A stretch of 32,000 nucleotides of DNA from Acaryochloris marina S15 (GCF_018336915.1 NZ_CP064923.1:4710001-4742000); one strand, 5' to 3'. Shown: positions 1 through 9,225, counted from the first letter of the stretch. Notes: generated from the sequence alone by a model not told the origin. Numbers and translations: made by a program.

Positions 1-142
1 GATAGGCTCCTTCAAAGCCATCAGAATAAGTTGAGATCGCTTGTTCATACAGGTGTCGAACCTCTGCAAATTTACCCGGTTTGAACTCACCAATCGCTAC
101 TGATGCAAACCGCCGCTTCAAACAATCCTGAAAGTCTGACAT
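1..142 (-). CDS. 5' end of a hypothetical protein; the gene continues past the left window edge
   Basis: ATG at 142-140 on the minus strand follows a GGAGG-type SD (ggaaggagtaaacaATG). The frame MSDFQDCLKRRFASVAIGEFKPGKFAEVRHLYEQAISTYSDGFEGAY stays open to position 1. It is missing from the ORF track because it is truncated. Confidence 0.5.
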   Translation of the reverse strand, partial: MSDFQDCLKRRFASVAIGEFKPGKFAEVRHLYEQAISTYSDGFEGAY

Positions 143-454
143 TGTTTACTCCTTCCGCCATTTGGGAGAAATTTGGCTAGGGTTTTGGGGTAACAAAACG
201 AACCCCAATCGTTGATCAATCTGCCTGTCCTGGCTGAGGATTGATCCATACCCATAGGGTAGAAGGTGACCTGACCAATACTGGGGAACTTAAACAACAT
301 CTAAGGAAGTGCTAGGGATTTAATTGCCCCTAGCCGTTCATATTTATTCATCTTTTTGCTCACAATCATAAACTTTATTTATCTTGAGAAATAAAATATT
401 GCCAGTCGGGAATGCTGAAACTTAGACATCCTCACTGCTTTTAACTCAGAATTG

Positions 455-1036
455 ATGAATATCAATCTCTTAGACTCATTTTTGAGCAAAGGACTGCCAT
501 TTTTAGACCTATGCCTGATGGGTCAAACATCTTTTCGCGGCATAGATCTAGTCGGGGTTCACTTGGATGGCGTGGTCCTCAAACACCTAGATTTAACAGC
601 CGTAAATTTGCAGGCAGCCAGCCTACAGCGGGCTAATCTCCAACGATCGATTCTGACCTCTGGATGCTTAGACCAGGCGAATATGCGGGAATGTTATCTC
701 TACCGCAGCCACTTAGAAATGGCTTCGTTGCAGCAGACCCATTTACAGCGGGCTAATTTATCTCATGCCTACTTGATGGGGGCCAATCTTCAGGGAGCGA
801 ATCTCCACAAAGCTCAATTGATTGGCACAGATCTCCGCGATACCAATCTGATGGATTGTTTATTCCAAGATGCGAACTTAAAGGGTGCTCTCTACAGTGA
901 AGATACTCAATTTAGCCCTTCCTTCAATCCAGTCCTTGCAGGAATGAAGCTATGGACAGCAGAAACACTGGCCAACTCCAGCGAACAAAAAGAGAGAGGG
1001 CTGAGAGAGAGGCACTGGGGCTGGCAATGTTCATAA
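455..1036 (+). CDS. Pentapeptide-repeat protein
   Basis: Long run of A(D/N)LxX pentapeptides (ANLQRANLQRSIL...ANLSHAYLMGANLQGANLHKAQLIGTDLRDTNLMDCLFQDANLKGA). The track starts at TTG 452; the in-frame ATG at 455 is the more likely start. Confidence 0.85.
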   Translation: MNINLLDSFLSKGLPFLDLCLMGQTSFRGIDLVGVHLDGVVLKHLDLTAVNLQAASLQRANLQRSILTSGCLDQANMRECYLYRSHLEMASLQQTHLQRANLSHAYLMGANLQGANLHKAQLIGTDLRDTNLMDCLFQDANLKGALYSEDTQFSPSFNPVLAGMKLWTAETLANSSEQKERGLRERHWGWQCS

Positions 1037-1119
1037 TCTTCCATTAGAGTCAGCACCCTGACAGGGGAAAGTTAAGGTTATAATTTCATTAAGAAATGTA
1101 ACACGCCTATCTCTCCCCC

Positions 1120-2643
1120 ATGTCTAAGTCACCTCATGAAACTGCTGTCGTTGTTATTGGTGCAGGCATTGGCGGCTTAACAGCAGGGGCATTGTTGGCG
1201 AAGCGAGGTTATCGTGTCAAAGTCTTTGATCAAGCCTGGGTACCAGGAGGCTGTGCCTCTACTTTTAAACGGCGGGGTTTTACCTTTGATGTGGGGGCAA
1301 CCCAAGTAGCGGGTTTAGAACCCGGCGGCATCCATCATCGGATCTTTCAGGAATTGGGGGTTGAGATTCCAACCGCCAGCCATTGCGATCCGGCTTGTGC
1401 AGTCTTTTTGCCCGGAGAAACTGAACCCATCTCCGTCTGGCGAGACCCAAACCAATGGCAGGCAGAACGGGAAAAACAATTCCCCGGTAGTGATAGGTTT
1501 TGGCAGCTCCTAGCAAACCTGTTTCGTTACAACTGGGGGTTTCAATCCCGCGATCCAGTCATTCCTCCCCGTAATCTTTGGGATGGATGGCAGCTTTTAC
1601 AAGCGGTTCGCCCCGATACCTTACTAACCGTGCCTCATCTATTTACGACGGTGGGTCAACTCCTCCGACTAACGGGCCTAGGCAATCAACGCCGCTTAAA
1701 AACCTTTTTAGACCTCCAACTCAAGCTTTATTCCCAGGTCAATGCCGATCAGACCGCTTTACTGTATGCCGCCACGGCGCTAGGGGTATCACAAGCGCCC
1801 CAAGGCTTGTTTCATTTGCATGGCAGTATGCAGGTGCTCAGCGATCGCATCGTCGAAGCCCTGAAAAAACATGGGGGTGAACTGCATATGGGCCATAGCG
1901 TTGACCAAATCCAGGTGCATAACCAGGAATTTTTAGGTGCATTAATCCGTCAGCAAAAAACAGGTAAGACTTGGACGGAATCGGCGGACCATGTAGTGGC
2001 GAATGTGACGGTACAAAATCTCGTTCGCTTACTGGGAGAGGATGCGCCTCGACAATATCAACAGCGAGTCAAAAAACTGCCGCCCTCCTCTGGGGCCTTT
2101 GTGATTTATCTCGGGGTAGAGGAAGACGCAATTCCTGCCAATTGCCCGCCCCATCTGCAGTTTCTCTATGACTATGACGGCCCCATTGGCGAAAATAACT
2201 CTCTGTTTGTATCGGTGAGCCGATCAGGGGATGGCCGCGCCCCAGAAGGTAAAGCCACCATCATCGCGTCTTCCTTTACGGATCCAACGTTATGGGAAAA
2301 GGCGGAGAATTATGAGGGGTTGAAGCAAGCGTATATTGAGGGTGCGATCGCACGCCTGAGTCAATATTTTCACCTCACCCCAGACACTATCATTCACCAG
2401 GAGGCAGCGACTCCCAGAACCTTTGCTCACTTTACAGGCCGCAGCCAAGGCATCGTCGGTGGCATCGGTCAGCGCCTGTCTACCTTTGGCCCCTTTGGAT
2501 TTGCAACTCGAACACCAATCAAGCGGCTATGGCTAGTGGGGGATTCCACTCATCCCGGCGAAGGCACAGCAGGAGTCAGTTATTCTGCCTTGACTGCCGT
2601 CAATCAATTGATGGCAATGGACGGTACGCTCTCGGTGCAGTAA
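1120..2643 (+). CDS. FAD-dependent carotenoid desaturase of the phytoene-desaturase superfamily, CrtD-type (C-3',4' desaturase-like)
   Basis: N-terminal Rossmann dinucleotide motif VVVIGAGIGGLTAGALLAKRGYRVKVFDQ...PGGCASTF. Length of 507 aa and blocks such as GATQVAGLEPGGIHHRIF and DSTHPGEGTAGVSYSA match my memory of the cyanobacterial CrtD/CrtH family. The subfamily assignment is from memory only. Confidence 0.7.
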   Translation: MSKSPHETAVVVIGAGIGGLTAGALLAKRGYRVKVFDQAWVPGGCASTFKRRGFTFDVGATQVAGLEPGGIHHRIFQELGVEIPTASHCDPACAVFLPGETEPISVWRDPNQWQAEREKQFPGSDRFWQLLANLFRYNWGFQSRDPVIPPRNLWDGWQLLQAVRPDTLLTVPHLFTTVGQLLRLTGLGNQRRLKTFLDLQLKLYSQVNADQTALLYAATALGVSQAPQGLFHLHGSMQVLSDRIVEALKKHGGELHMGHSVDQIQVHNQEFLGALIRQQKTGKTWTESADHVVANVTVQNLVRLLGEDAPRQYQQRVKKLPPSSGAFVIYLGVEEDAIPANCPPHLQFLYDYDGPIGENNSLFVSVSRSGDGRAPEGKATIIASSFTDPTLWEKAENYEGLKQAYIEGAIARLSQYFHLTPDTIIHQEAATPRTFAHFTGRSQGIVGGIGQRLSTFGPFGFATRTPIKRLWLVGDSTHPGEGTAGVSYSALTAVNQLMAMDGTLSVQ

Positions 2644-2708
2644 TCATTGCAGCTCTCTCTGCCTTCGCTCTTATATATGTCAGAGTATAGGGAGCGACGG
2701 TAGCCAAT

Positions 2709-3176
2709 ATGACCAGCCTACAGAGACCCACCACATCCCATCAACAACTTTACAACGCTGATTTCGCCCAATGGATCACTCAAGCCACCTTGCTATTACA
2801 GCAGGGAAAATTTGACGAACTGGACATTGAGAACCTGATTGAAGAGGTGGAAGACTTGGGGAAACGCGATCGGCGTGCACTCTGTAGCAATTTGGAAATT
2901 GTGCTGCTTCACTTACTCAAATGGCAATTTCAACCAGAGCAACGATCTGCTAGTTGGCGCGGCTCCATTCGAGAACACCGACGACGAATCGCCCGCATCC
3001 TCAAAGAATCTCCTAGTCTGAATGCTTATCTCCAGCAAGAATATGAGGATTGCTATACGGAAGCAAGATTACAAGCCGCTGATGAAACTGGCCTACTTCT
3101 AGCCACTTTTCCAACGGAGTGCCCCTATTCAATAGAACAAGCCCTGAATGGGGAGTTTTTACCAGACAAAGACTAG
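2709..3176 (+). CDS. DUF29 family protein
   Basis: Characteristic DUF29 N-terminus LYNADFAQWITQATLLLQQGKFDELDIENLIEEVEDLGKRDRRAL and the later REHRRRI block. This family is highly expanded in cyanobacteria. Confidence 0.8.
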   Translation: MTSLQRPTTSHQQLYNADFAQWITQATLLLQQGKFDELDIENLIEEVEDLGKRDRRALCSNLEIVLLHLLKWQFQPEQRSASWRGSIREHRRRIARILKESPSLNAYLQQEYEDCYTEARLQAADETGLLLATFPTECPYSIEQALNGEFLPDKD

Positions 3177-3297
3177 AGCAAGTTCGTTGAGTGGGTCAGT
3201 CATTACAGAGCTAACAGAGAATCATGGAGTAAGAGGTCCAATAATCTGTTCTTCGCAACCAACTCAAAAAACCTAGCGTTACTTTTTCGTCTTACTG

Positions 3298-4005
3298 CTA
3301 CCTTTCAGCGATCTTTGTCACTTCAAGTAGAGAACGGATCTCAAAGGCGGGGACAGTATCTGATGTATTACGCTTTCCCTGTCGATTGAGCCACACTGAG
3401 ATAGCTCCAACTCCATTAGCCCCTGCAACATCTGACTCTAAAGAATCGCCAATATGCATCAGTTGTTCAGGTTCACAACCCACTTGTGCACAAGCAGACA
3501 GAAATATTTCGGCATGGGGCTTTTTGACGCCAATACCCTGAGACAAAATTACGAAATCAAAATAACCAGACAAGCCACACTGCTCTGGATCGCTATTCCC
3601 ATTAGAGATCAGACCAATGGCAAAGAGATCCTTGAGAGCATCTAAGCAAGGGATGGCATCAGGATAGAGTTCGACATCTTCAAACCGATGTTTTAGATAG
3701 AGCTGGTTCAAGACAGCCGCCAGTGCTGGATCATCCCAATGAATCAACTCCAATGTTCGTTGAAAAGCCTTTAGCCTTATTTGTTCAAGATCAACGGTTG
3801 TTCCTTTCAACTCAGCTGCAACTGTATTGCGAATATCGATCATTTTGTCTACAGTCAACTGGGCTGTAGCTCGATCAGGAACGTGACGTCTCAATTCCTG
3901 GAGCGTGAGAGCTAGAGAATGATGCATGACTTTCTCAAAATCCCACAAAGTCATATCGCCATCAAAAGAAATGACTTTGATCTTATCTAGGTCGTGTGCA
4001 GCCAT
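3298..4005 (-). CDS. HAD-superfamily hydrolase
   Basis: HAD motif I DxDxT (ISFDGDMTLWDF), motif II (GLISNG), and motif III/IV (KKP...GDSLESDVAGA). Clean ATG at 4005. Confidence 0.8.
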   Translation of the reverse strand: MAAHDLDKIKVISFDGDMTLWDFEKVMHHSLALTLQELRRHVPDRATAQLTVDKMIDIRNTVAAELKGTTVDLEQIRLKAFQRTLELIHWDDPALAAVLNQLYLKHRFEDVELYPDAIPCLDALKDLFAIGLISNGNSDPEQCGLSGYFDFVILSQGIGVKKPHAEIFLSACAQVGCEPEQLMHIGDSLESDVAGANGVGAISVWLNRQGKRNTSDTVPAFEIRSLLEVTKIAER

Positions 4006-4038
4006 GGTTCAGTGAGACGATTATCACCTCTAGTGAGT

Positions 4039-4338
4039 CTAGAGATTGGTAGAAGCTGGTTGTTCCAATAGTTCCAGTAAACCCACCGTACCGACAAAAA
4101 ACGTGTATAGCCCATAAGGAATTGGGGATTGCTCGCGAGACTTGGCGAATAGACTCGCCACCACCCCTTCAACAGCATGGGCTGTCAGGGCAAATCGTCC
4201 AAACCAAAGTAGCCCAATGGGCAGAGGGGGTAACGGACTTCCTGTCTGCAGCGCATATAGCGTCCATATTTCCACGCCAATCGCCGCACAAATCAGGATA
4301 GGGGAAAGAACTTTGATGACTGGGTAAAACTTTTTCAT
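4039..4338 (-). CDS. Small integral membrane protein, uncharacterised (about 3 predicted TM helices)
   Basis: 99-aa ORF with three hydrophobic stretches (VLSPILICAAIGVEIWTLYAL; LPIGLLWFGRFALTAHAVEGVVASLF; YGLYTFFVGTVGLLELL). Same strand as its neighbours, 21 nt downstream of the preceding ORF. Confidence 0.55.
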   Translation of the reverse strand: MKKFYPVIKVLSPILICAAIGVEIWTLYALQTGSPLPPLPIGLLWFGRFALTAHAVEGVVASLFAKSREQSPIPYGLYTFFVGTVGLLELLEQPASTNL

Positions 4339-4359
4339 AGCTTCTCAGTAGTGGATTAT

Positions 4360-4833
4360 TTACGAAGCTCCTTGACGCCAAAGCATCACGGTTAGCCAGA
4401 ACAGAAACAATTGAATCCTCAGATCCAACGGGGCATCTACCTCAATCGTGGCTTGTCTCGACGAAAAACTGTCTGGACGAATGCGACCCAAGATCTGACT
4501 CTCTTGACGAATTTGGAATTCGCGCCGAAAAGGTGAAACGGCCTGTAAAAATAGTTTTTTAGTCCCAAAGGTTAGCTCAAGTTTTCGTCTCAGAGGATTC
4601 GGCTTCCGGGCCCGAGCAACCATTGAATCCTTGCCATCGGTGACTTGTTTCAACATCCATTCTCCAGACAGCATGGGATGCTCAATAGAGTAGCTCGTCT
4701 GGGGGAGGACAATTTCACCTTCATCCTTCATCACCTTGAATTCCACCATAGCGGTTCCTTGAGATGTCTCAATTCCATAATTCCAACCCCACATGGAAGC
4801 AGGGATACATTGCAGTTGAGTCATCATGTCCAT
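4360..4833 (-). CDS. Hypothetical protein, possibly with a Tubby-C/LURP-one/scramblase-like fold
   Basis: Its C-terminal pattern EFQIRQESQILGRIRPDSFSSRQATIEVDAPLDLRIQLFLFWLTVMLW resembles the terminal beta-strands plus buried hydrophobic helix of the LOR/scramblase family (from memory, weak). It overlaps the upstream ORF. An alternative ATG at 4827 would form an ATGA overlap with the upstream stop codon. Confidence 0.5.
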   Translation of the reverse strand: MDMMTQLQCIPASMWGWNYGIETSQGTAMVEFKVMKDEGEIVLPQTSYSIEHPMLSGEWMLKQVTDGKDSMVARARKPNPLRRKLELTFGTKKLFLQAVSPFRREFQIRQESQILGRIRPDSFSSRQATIEVDAPLDLRIQLFLFWLTVMLWRQGAS

Positions 4834-5645
4834 ACCCGATGCAAGATCAAACCAATGAGCTGTCCTTGCGGATCCAGCCCTCCAATTATATGAACTGCAT
4901 CCACACTATTTTCTAATGCCTGATCATGAATGGCGAGAACAGCAATATCCCCTACACAAGCCTGCATTGTTTTGAGTAATGACAAACCTGAGACAATAAT
5001 GCGATCGCTAATCGCATCAATATCCCAGACAAACTCAGACACCTCCAGAAACTGATACCAGCCATGATTAGGATCTTGGGGATCTAAAAGCGCAAAATCT
5101 GCTGAAACCTTAGCTAATTGTCGGGCGGAGTAGCGACGGGGGGCATCTGCCATAATGCGTTGAACAACCTCTGACTGTCTTGCATAAGCTAGTAGAGCTG
5201 AGGATAGTTCAGTGTTCTCTGTGGGGCACTGAAAAGTCATCTGAAATCCATCCCCTTCATTCGCGCGATAGGTAATATCAAATCCTTCTGTAATGAGGCG
5301 ATCAAGCAACGCGGGGAAAGATACCGGTACCCAATCGGTCAGATTTAACAACTCTGGTTCTGAACAGACTGTGGCACTAGTTTCTATAGTTGGGCCATGG
5401 TTGCCCACCACTAAAAGGGTGGTTTCCTCTTCAAGATCCGCCACAACCTCCGCTTCAAACCGCTCACAGAAAGCCTGTAAGGTATCCAACGGAGCATCGA
5501 ATTCACCAACAAAGGCAACCGAAGCCCCCCGCAATGGGATTGACCGATAGGGGAGAGGGGGTTGACTGCCCCCTGCCCCTGACAAAAGTGAATCCTCTGC
5601 CGCTTGATAGAAAGGGGAGCGAGTTGGTTTTATCATGGTGAGCAA
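4824..5645 (-). CDS. Hypothetical protein with a possible N-terminal BRCT-like module
   Basis: 273-aa ORF. GASVAFVGEFDAPLDTLQAFCERFEAEVVADLEEETTLLVVGNHG fits the loose BRCT pattern (G..f..tG.f....l...i...G..v......t.lvvG). I do not recognise the rest. The stop overlaps the start of the next ORF. Confidence 0.5.
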   Translation of the reverse strand: MLTMIKPTRSPFYQAAEDSLLSGAGGSQPPLPYRSIPLRGASVAFVGEFDAPLDTLQAFCERFEAEVVADLEEETTLLVVGNHGPTIETSATVCSEPELLNLTDWVPVSFPALLDRLITEGFDITYRANEGDGFQMTFQCPTENTELSSALLAYARQSEVVQRIMADAPRRYSARQLAKVSADFALLDPQDPNHGWYQFLEVSEFVWDIDAISDRIIVSGLSLLKTMQACVGDIAVLAIHDQALENSVDAVHIIGGLDPQGQLIGLILHRVWT

Positions 5646-5647
5646 GA

Positions 5648-6595
5648 GTGCAATCTGGACGGCCTGCTAACGGTGTGGACTCAGCTCTAACCTGTACTGA
5701 CCTATCAGCCCACCGATTGACTCACTTCACTGTAGACGACAACCCCAAGATTTTGAAGACAACGGTACCTCAGGCACTATGGCAAATCTGTGTGAAAGGG
5801 TTTGTACGCATCCTAATCGGTGCTGACAATCAGAAACAATACGATACCTATGACTGGGAAGCAGGATGTCATGCCCTCCGCAATCCAGACCTAACCTACC
5901 CCCAGTACTACCGTATCTCCAACTTTCATGGAGTGGAAGGGGGCTATCTCTGCAAAGAAGCTGCTGTCACCTACGACGCCGTTACCGCCTTTGCCTCTCC
6001 CCCCAGTGAAACTCGCCTTCGACAGCAAGTACTGACATCTATTCAGGGTCAGCCTCAACGAATTCTCGATTTAGGCTGTGGGACGGGTTCCATGACCTTG
6101 ATACTCAAAGCCGCTTACCCCCAAGCTGAAGTCATTGGCTTAGATTTATCACCCTATATGTTGTGTCATGCCCAACACAAAAGCCAAAAGGCTCAGCTCA
6201 ATATCCACTGGCTCCACGGCTTAGCTGAAACTACAGATCTAGAAGCTCACAGCTTTGATGTGATAACCCTTTGCATGGTGTTCCATGAAATGCCCCCACA
6301 CATTTCTCGCTTGGTCTTGCAAGAATGTCGCCGATTGCTGCAACCGGGTGGGCAACTAATTATTTTGGACGGCAATCAAAAGCGCCTCCGCCATGCAGAC
6401 TGGCTAATTCGACTTTTCCGAGAACCCTATTCCACGGTTTATGCCAAAGAGAGCATTCAGGACTGGACGACCGAAGCTGGCTTTGAAAATGTCAGCACCC
6501 GATATCTAGGCTGGATTCACCAACTGACTGTGGGGACATGCCCTACTTTTCCAGGTGAGCCAACCCTTAAACCGTTACAAACCACCTCTGTTTAA
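5648..6595 (+). CDS. Class I SAM-dependent methyltransferase (5' boundary uncertain)
   Basis: SAM-binding motif [14 protein letters not shown], a post-I acidic residue (GLDLS), and [11 protein letters not shown]. There is no in-frame ATG before the catalytic domain, so the start must be GTG 5648, TTG 5717 or TTG 5753. Confidence 0.75.
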   Translation: MQSGRPANGVDSALTCTDLSAHRLTHFTVDDNPKILKTTVPQALWQICVKGFVRILIGADNQKQYDTYDWEAGCHALRNPDLTYPQYYRISNFHGVEGGYLCKEAAVTYDAVTAFASPPSETRLRQQVLTSIQGQPQRILDLGCGTGSMTLILKAAYPQAEVIGLDLSPYMLCHAQHKSQKAQLNIHWLHGLAETTDLEAHSFDVITLCMVFHEMPPHISRLVLQECRRLLQPGGQLIILDGNQKRLRHADWLIRLFREPYSTVYAKESIQDWTTEAGFENVSTRYLGWIHQLTVGTCPTFPGEPTLKPLQTTSV

Positions 6596-7611
6596 GGCAC
6601 TTGCCAAATGCGATTATGATAATCCGCTTCTTTATCCACATTGATAGTGGCATGACCGTGGCTATGATCGTGCCCATGACCATGATCATGGCTGTGGCTA
6701 TGGGGTTCTTCACCATTGAGCGCTGCGAGCCGGAACTTGCAGAGTTCACAATTCATTTGAACCTGTCCCAACTGGGTTTCCAGTTCGCGCTGGCGCAAGA
6801 CCTGTACTAGGGCTGGATGCAGACCCATTTCGGGTAGGCAGGTAATCTGAATATCAGAATGGGCTGCTTGTTGCTGAGTCGAGATATCAAAAATCTTTTC
6901 TACCAAAGTGCCTGTAAACAAGAAATAGGGCACCACAACAATTCGTTTCGGCTGGTACAGTCGTGCTCGCCGAAATCCTTCTTCTAACCGGGGATGGGTA
7001 ATGCCAATAAAGCAGGTCTCCACGGTTTGATAGCCACTGCCCTCCCATAGGATCCGAGCCATTTTACTGACATCACTATTGGCATCAGGATCACTGGAGC
7101 CCCGGCCGACAAATAGCAGGACAGTCTCTTCGCGGGAAATGCCCTGGGGATTATGCTCGGGAGAGTCCAGGAGTTCTAATCGCTGTTTCCACAGGTCTAG
7201 AATTCCAGGCGTAATGCCGAAATGACGACCATAGTGATATTTCAGATTAGGATGGCGCTTGCGAGCCAAGTCTAGTTCATTGGTGACATCGAATTTGTTA
7301 TGGCGGGCGGCAAATAACAAGATGGGCAGGGCCGACAGTTCGGTATAGCCTTGCTCAACACAGTGATCGACGACTTCTTGAATACTGGGACCCGTTAGTT
7401 CTAAGAAGCAGGGGAACACAGGTCGTGATCGATCGAGTTCCTGGTAAAGGGTTGCAAAATCTAGAAAGCATTGTCTGCCACTTTCATTACGAGTGCCATG
7501 GCCAATCATTAGTAAGGGCCGCTGAAGAGGTAGTGGTGCCAAGTCATTGGCGGTTGGCAAACTAAGGGGGGCAGGTCTGACCACCAAGTCCGGGGTATAA
7601 GCAATAGACAT
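6592..7611 (-). CDS. cbiX: Sirohydrochlorin chelatase, long-form CbiX (CbiXL) with a His-rich C-terminal tail
   Basis: Two tandem CbiX-like halves ([13 protein letters not shown]... and [17 protein letters not shown]...). The C-terminus carries MNCELCKF and the [17 protein letters not shown] tract typical of long-form CbiX. Confidence 0.8.
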   Translation of the reverse strand: MSIAYTPDLVVRPAPLSLPTANDLAPLPLQRPLLMIGHGTRNESGRQCFLDFATLYQELDRSRPVFPCFLELTGPSIQEVVDHCVEQGYTELSALPILLFAARHNKFDVTNELDLARKRHPNLKYHYGRHFGITPGILDLWKQRLELLDSPEHNPQGISREETVLLFVGRGSSDPDANSDVSKMARILWEGSGYQTVETCFIGITHPRLEEGFRRARLYQPKRIVVVPYFLFTGTLVEKIFDISTQQQAAHSDIQITCLPEMGLHPALVQVLRQRELETQLGQVQMNCELCKFRLAALNGEEPHSHSHDHGHGHDHSHGHATINVDKEADYHNRIWQVP

Positions 7612-7809
7612 AAAAGACTCCCTGCCTGTGAATTACAAGCTTTAACTGAAGATCCCCCACGAGATGACGAAGCAATCTTATGGGTTTAAGAATAGGTCGT
7701 TAACAGAATGGTTTGATCGGACCTGGGCATTTGCCCACTGTCTACCATACAAACTCAACCCTCCAGTCCGGGACAGTCACAGCATTCTTTTAAGATCGCC
7801 CAGTAGGAT

Positions 7810-8322
7810 TTAGGTTCCATTGAAAATCTGTTTTGGTCCTTTGGGCTGGCTCTCGTTGAAAACTTCCTGGTAACTCCCATTGGTATATTCGGCAATAACC
7901 GTTCTCCAGAATTGCTGACTTGGGATATTGGCTGCTTGTTGAGCAATATGCCATTCTGCCGGGAATCGCTGAAATAGTTGCAAAGCAGCCTGTTTACCAA
8001 CCCCTAACCGATGATACTTCCGAGCCACAAAAAATTCAGCAATCGCATACTGGTTCACGGCTAATTCTCGAACTAAAGCAAATCCAACTCGTTGTAGACC
8101 GAGCCTGATAAAGAAAGGGAAGCGCTCTGATTCAGTCCAATAAGCATCGAAGTAAGGATACTCAGCAAATAGTCCTGACTCATTAATGACATCATCATTA
8201 AACTCACTTAAATCGTAGCAATACAACTGCATTAAATTGGCCAGCACCATCCTTTCGGTTATGGGGATGGGAGAAATGCTAACCTCTACACTTTGTAAGT
8301 CCACTTTCATCCCCATACACAT
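7810..8322 (-). CDS. GNAT-family N-acetyltransferase
   Basis: Acetyl-CoA binding motif A: AEFFVARKYHRLGVGKQAALQLF (R/Q-x-x-G-x-G/A). Alternative in-frame starts exist at M3 and M5 (MKVDL, 8310). Confidence 0.7.
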   Translation of the reverse strand: MCMGMKVDLQSVEVSISPIPITERMVLANLMQLYCYDLSEFNDDVINESGLFAEYPYFDAYWTESERFPFFIRLGLQRVGFALVRELAVNQYAIAEFFVARKYHRLGVGKQAALQLFQRFPAEWHIAQQAANIPSQQFWRTVIAEYTNGSYQEVFNESQPKGPKQIFNGT

Positions 8323-8457
8323 TGGTTCAAGTCTGGTATTGGCCGCAAGGTAATACGCCGCAAGCTAACGGCAACTTCCAGGCAATTGATTTATGGGTAG
8401 CTTAAACTGGACGTATAGCAGGACTCTTCATACTGCTTTTTGTCGAGGATACAAATC

Positions 8458-9147
8458 ATGTTAAGCGTTGCCCAGTCACGCCCATCTGAACGCGCCATTT
8501 TTATTCAAAAAACCTATCTACACCTAGCAGGGGCCATTGGTGCTTTTATTGTCGTTGAATTTCTGCTGTTCCAATTGGGGATTGCTGAAGCAATATTCCA
8601 ATTTGTCGCGGGAAGTCGTTTTAGCTGGCTGTTAATTTTAGGTGCATTCTCACTACTCGGCTGGATGTCTCGAGGACTAGTGGCCAAAGCGGATGAGGTG
8701 GGTACTCAGTACGCAGGGCTAGGCATTTATGTAGTTGCCCAAGCCTTGATTTTTGCCCCCTTACTTTACATTGCAGCCGCTTTTTCCGACCCTAACGTCA
8801 TTCCTACCGCCGCAATCTTAACCCTCACCATGTTTGGGGGACTGACTGCGATCGCATTTACAACCCGAACAGATTTCACCTTTCTCGGTGGCATCCTTAA
8901 AATTGGTAGCTTTGTCGCTCTGGGGCTGATCGCTTGCAGTTATATCTTCGGCTTCTCCCTGGGGTTATTCTTCTCCGTCTTGATGGTGGTGTTTGCTTCA
9001 GCGGCGATTTTGTATGACACCTCTAAGGTGATGAAGCACTATTCCACCAGACATTATGTGGCTGCATCCTTGGAGTTATTCGCTTCTGTCGCTCTGCTGT
9101 TTTGGTACATTCTCCGAATCGTCATGGCCACGTCATCTCGCCGCTAA
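8458..9147 (+). CDS. Bax-inhibitor-1/YccA family membrane protein
   Basis: FIQKTYLHLAGAIGAFIV is followed by about 7 hydrophobic helices, and the C-terminus is basic (TSSRR). The track starts at TTG 8440; ATG 8458 (MLSVAQS) is preferred. Confidence 0.8.
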   Translation: MLSVAQSRPSERAIFIQKTYLHLAGAIGAFIVVEFLLFQLGIAEAIFQFVAGSRFSWLLILGAFSLLGWMSRGLVAKADEVGTQYAGLGIYVVAQALIFAPLLYIAAAFSDPNVIPTAAILTLTMFGGLTAIAFTTRTDFTFLGGILKIGSFVALGLIACSYIFGFSLGLFFSVLMVVFASAAILYDTSKVMKHYSTRHYVAASLELFASVALLFWYILRIVMATSSRR

Positions 9148-9171
9148 CCCAGCTCTATCCGCCACATCAAG

Positions 9172-9211
9172 GCATCATCAGGACGATAATCTTGTCCCGA
9201 TGATGCTTATT
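9172..9211 (+). terminator. Possible stem-loop terminator between the convergent BI-1 gene and proA
   Basis: gcatcatcaggac (9172-9184) pairs with gtcccgatgatgc (9194-9206) at 12 of 13 positions, with a 9-nt loop. The following U-tract is weak (ttattg). Confidence 0.3.
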
Positions 9212-9225
9212 GAATAGGGGTAAAC

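Noticed and set aside
118-300. 60-aa minus-strand ORF upstream of, and overlapping, the truncated first gene
   Set aside because: It overlaps the SD and start of the better-supported ORF at 1-142 in another frame and has no family resemblance. The region more likely holds the promoter and 5' UTR, including an 8-bp inverted repeat GATCAATC (214-221) / GATTGATC (239-246).
1280-2171. Track ORFs 1280..1516(-), 1578..1880(+) and 1971..2171(+)
   Set aside because: They are embedded in the well-supported 507-aa desaturase CDS in other frames or on the other strand, with Arg/Pro/Gly-rich off-frame composition. The same reasoning applies to the other nested ORFs: 2839, 3454, 3987, 4142, 4169, 4645, 5293, 5390, 6567, 6601, 7755, 7920, 9711, 10710, 11065, 11942, 12015, 13272, 13726, 14148, 14907, 15150, 15761, 16939, 18855, 19628, 19676, 19825, 19980, 21441, 22434, 23228, 24065, 24521, 25087, 25567, 27245, 27488, 27499, 29257, 29418, 29704 and 29714.
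7612-7809. Possible cobalamin riboswitch in the ~200-nt leader upstream of cbiX
   Set aside because: On the minus strand I looked for the B12 box (AGYCMGGAGACCKGCC-like) and the GGTG..AA.TCC / GCCACTG elements. I found only loose resemblances (ctgtcccggactgg; gcccaggtcc). The core conserved blocks are absent, though an Infernal scan would be decisive.
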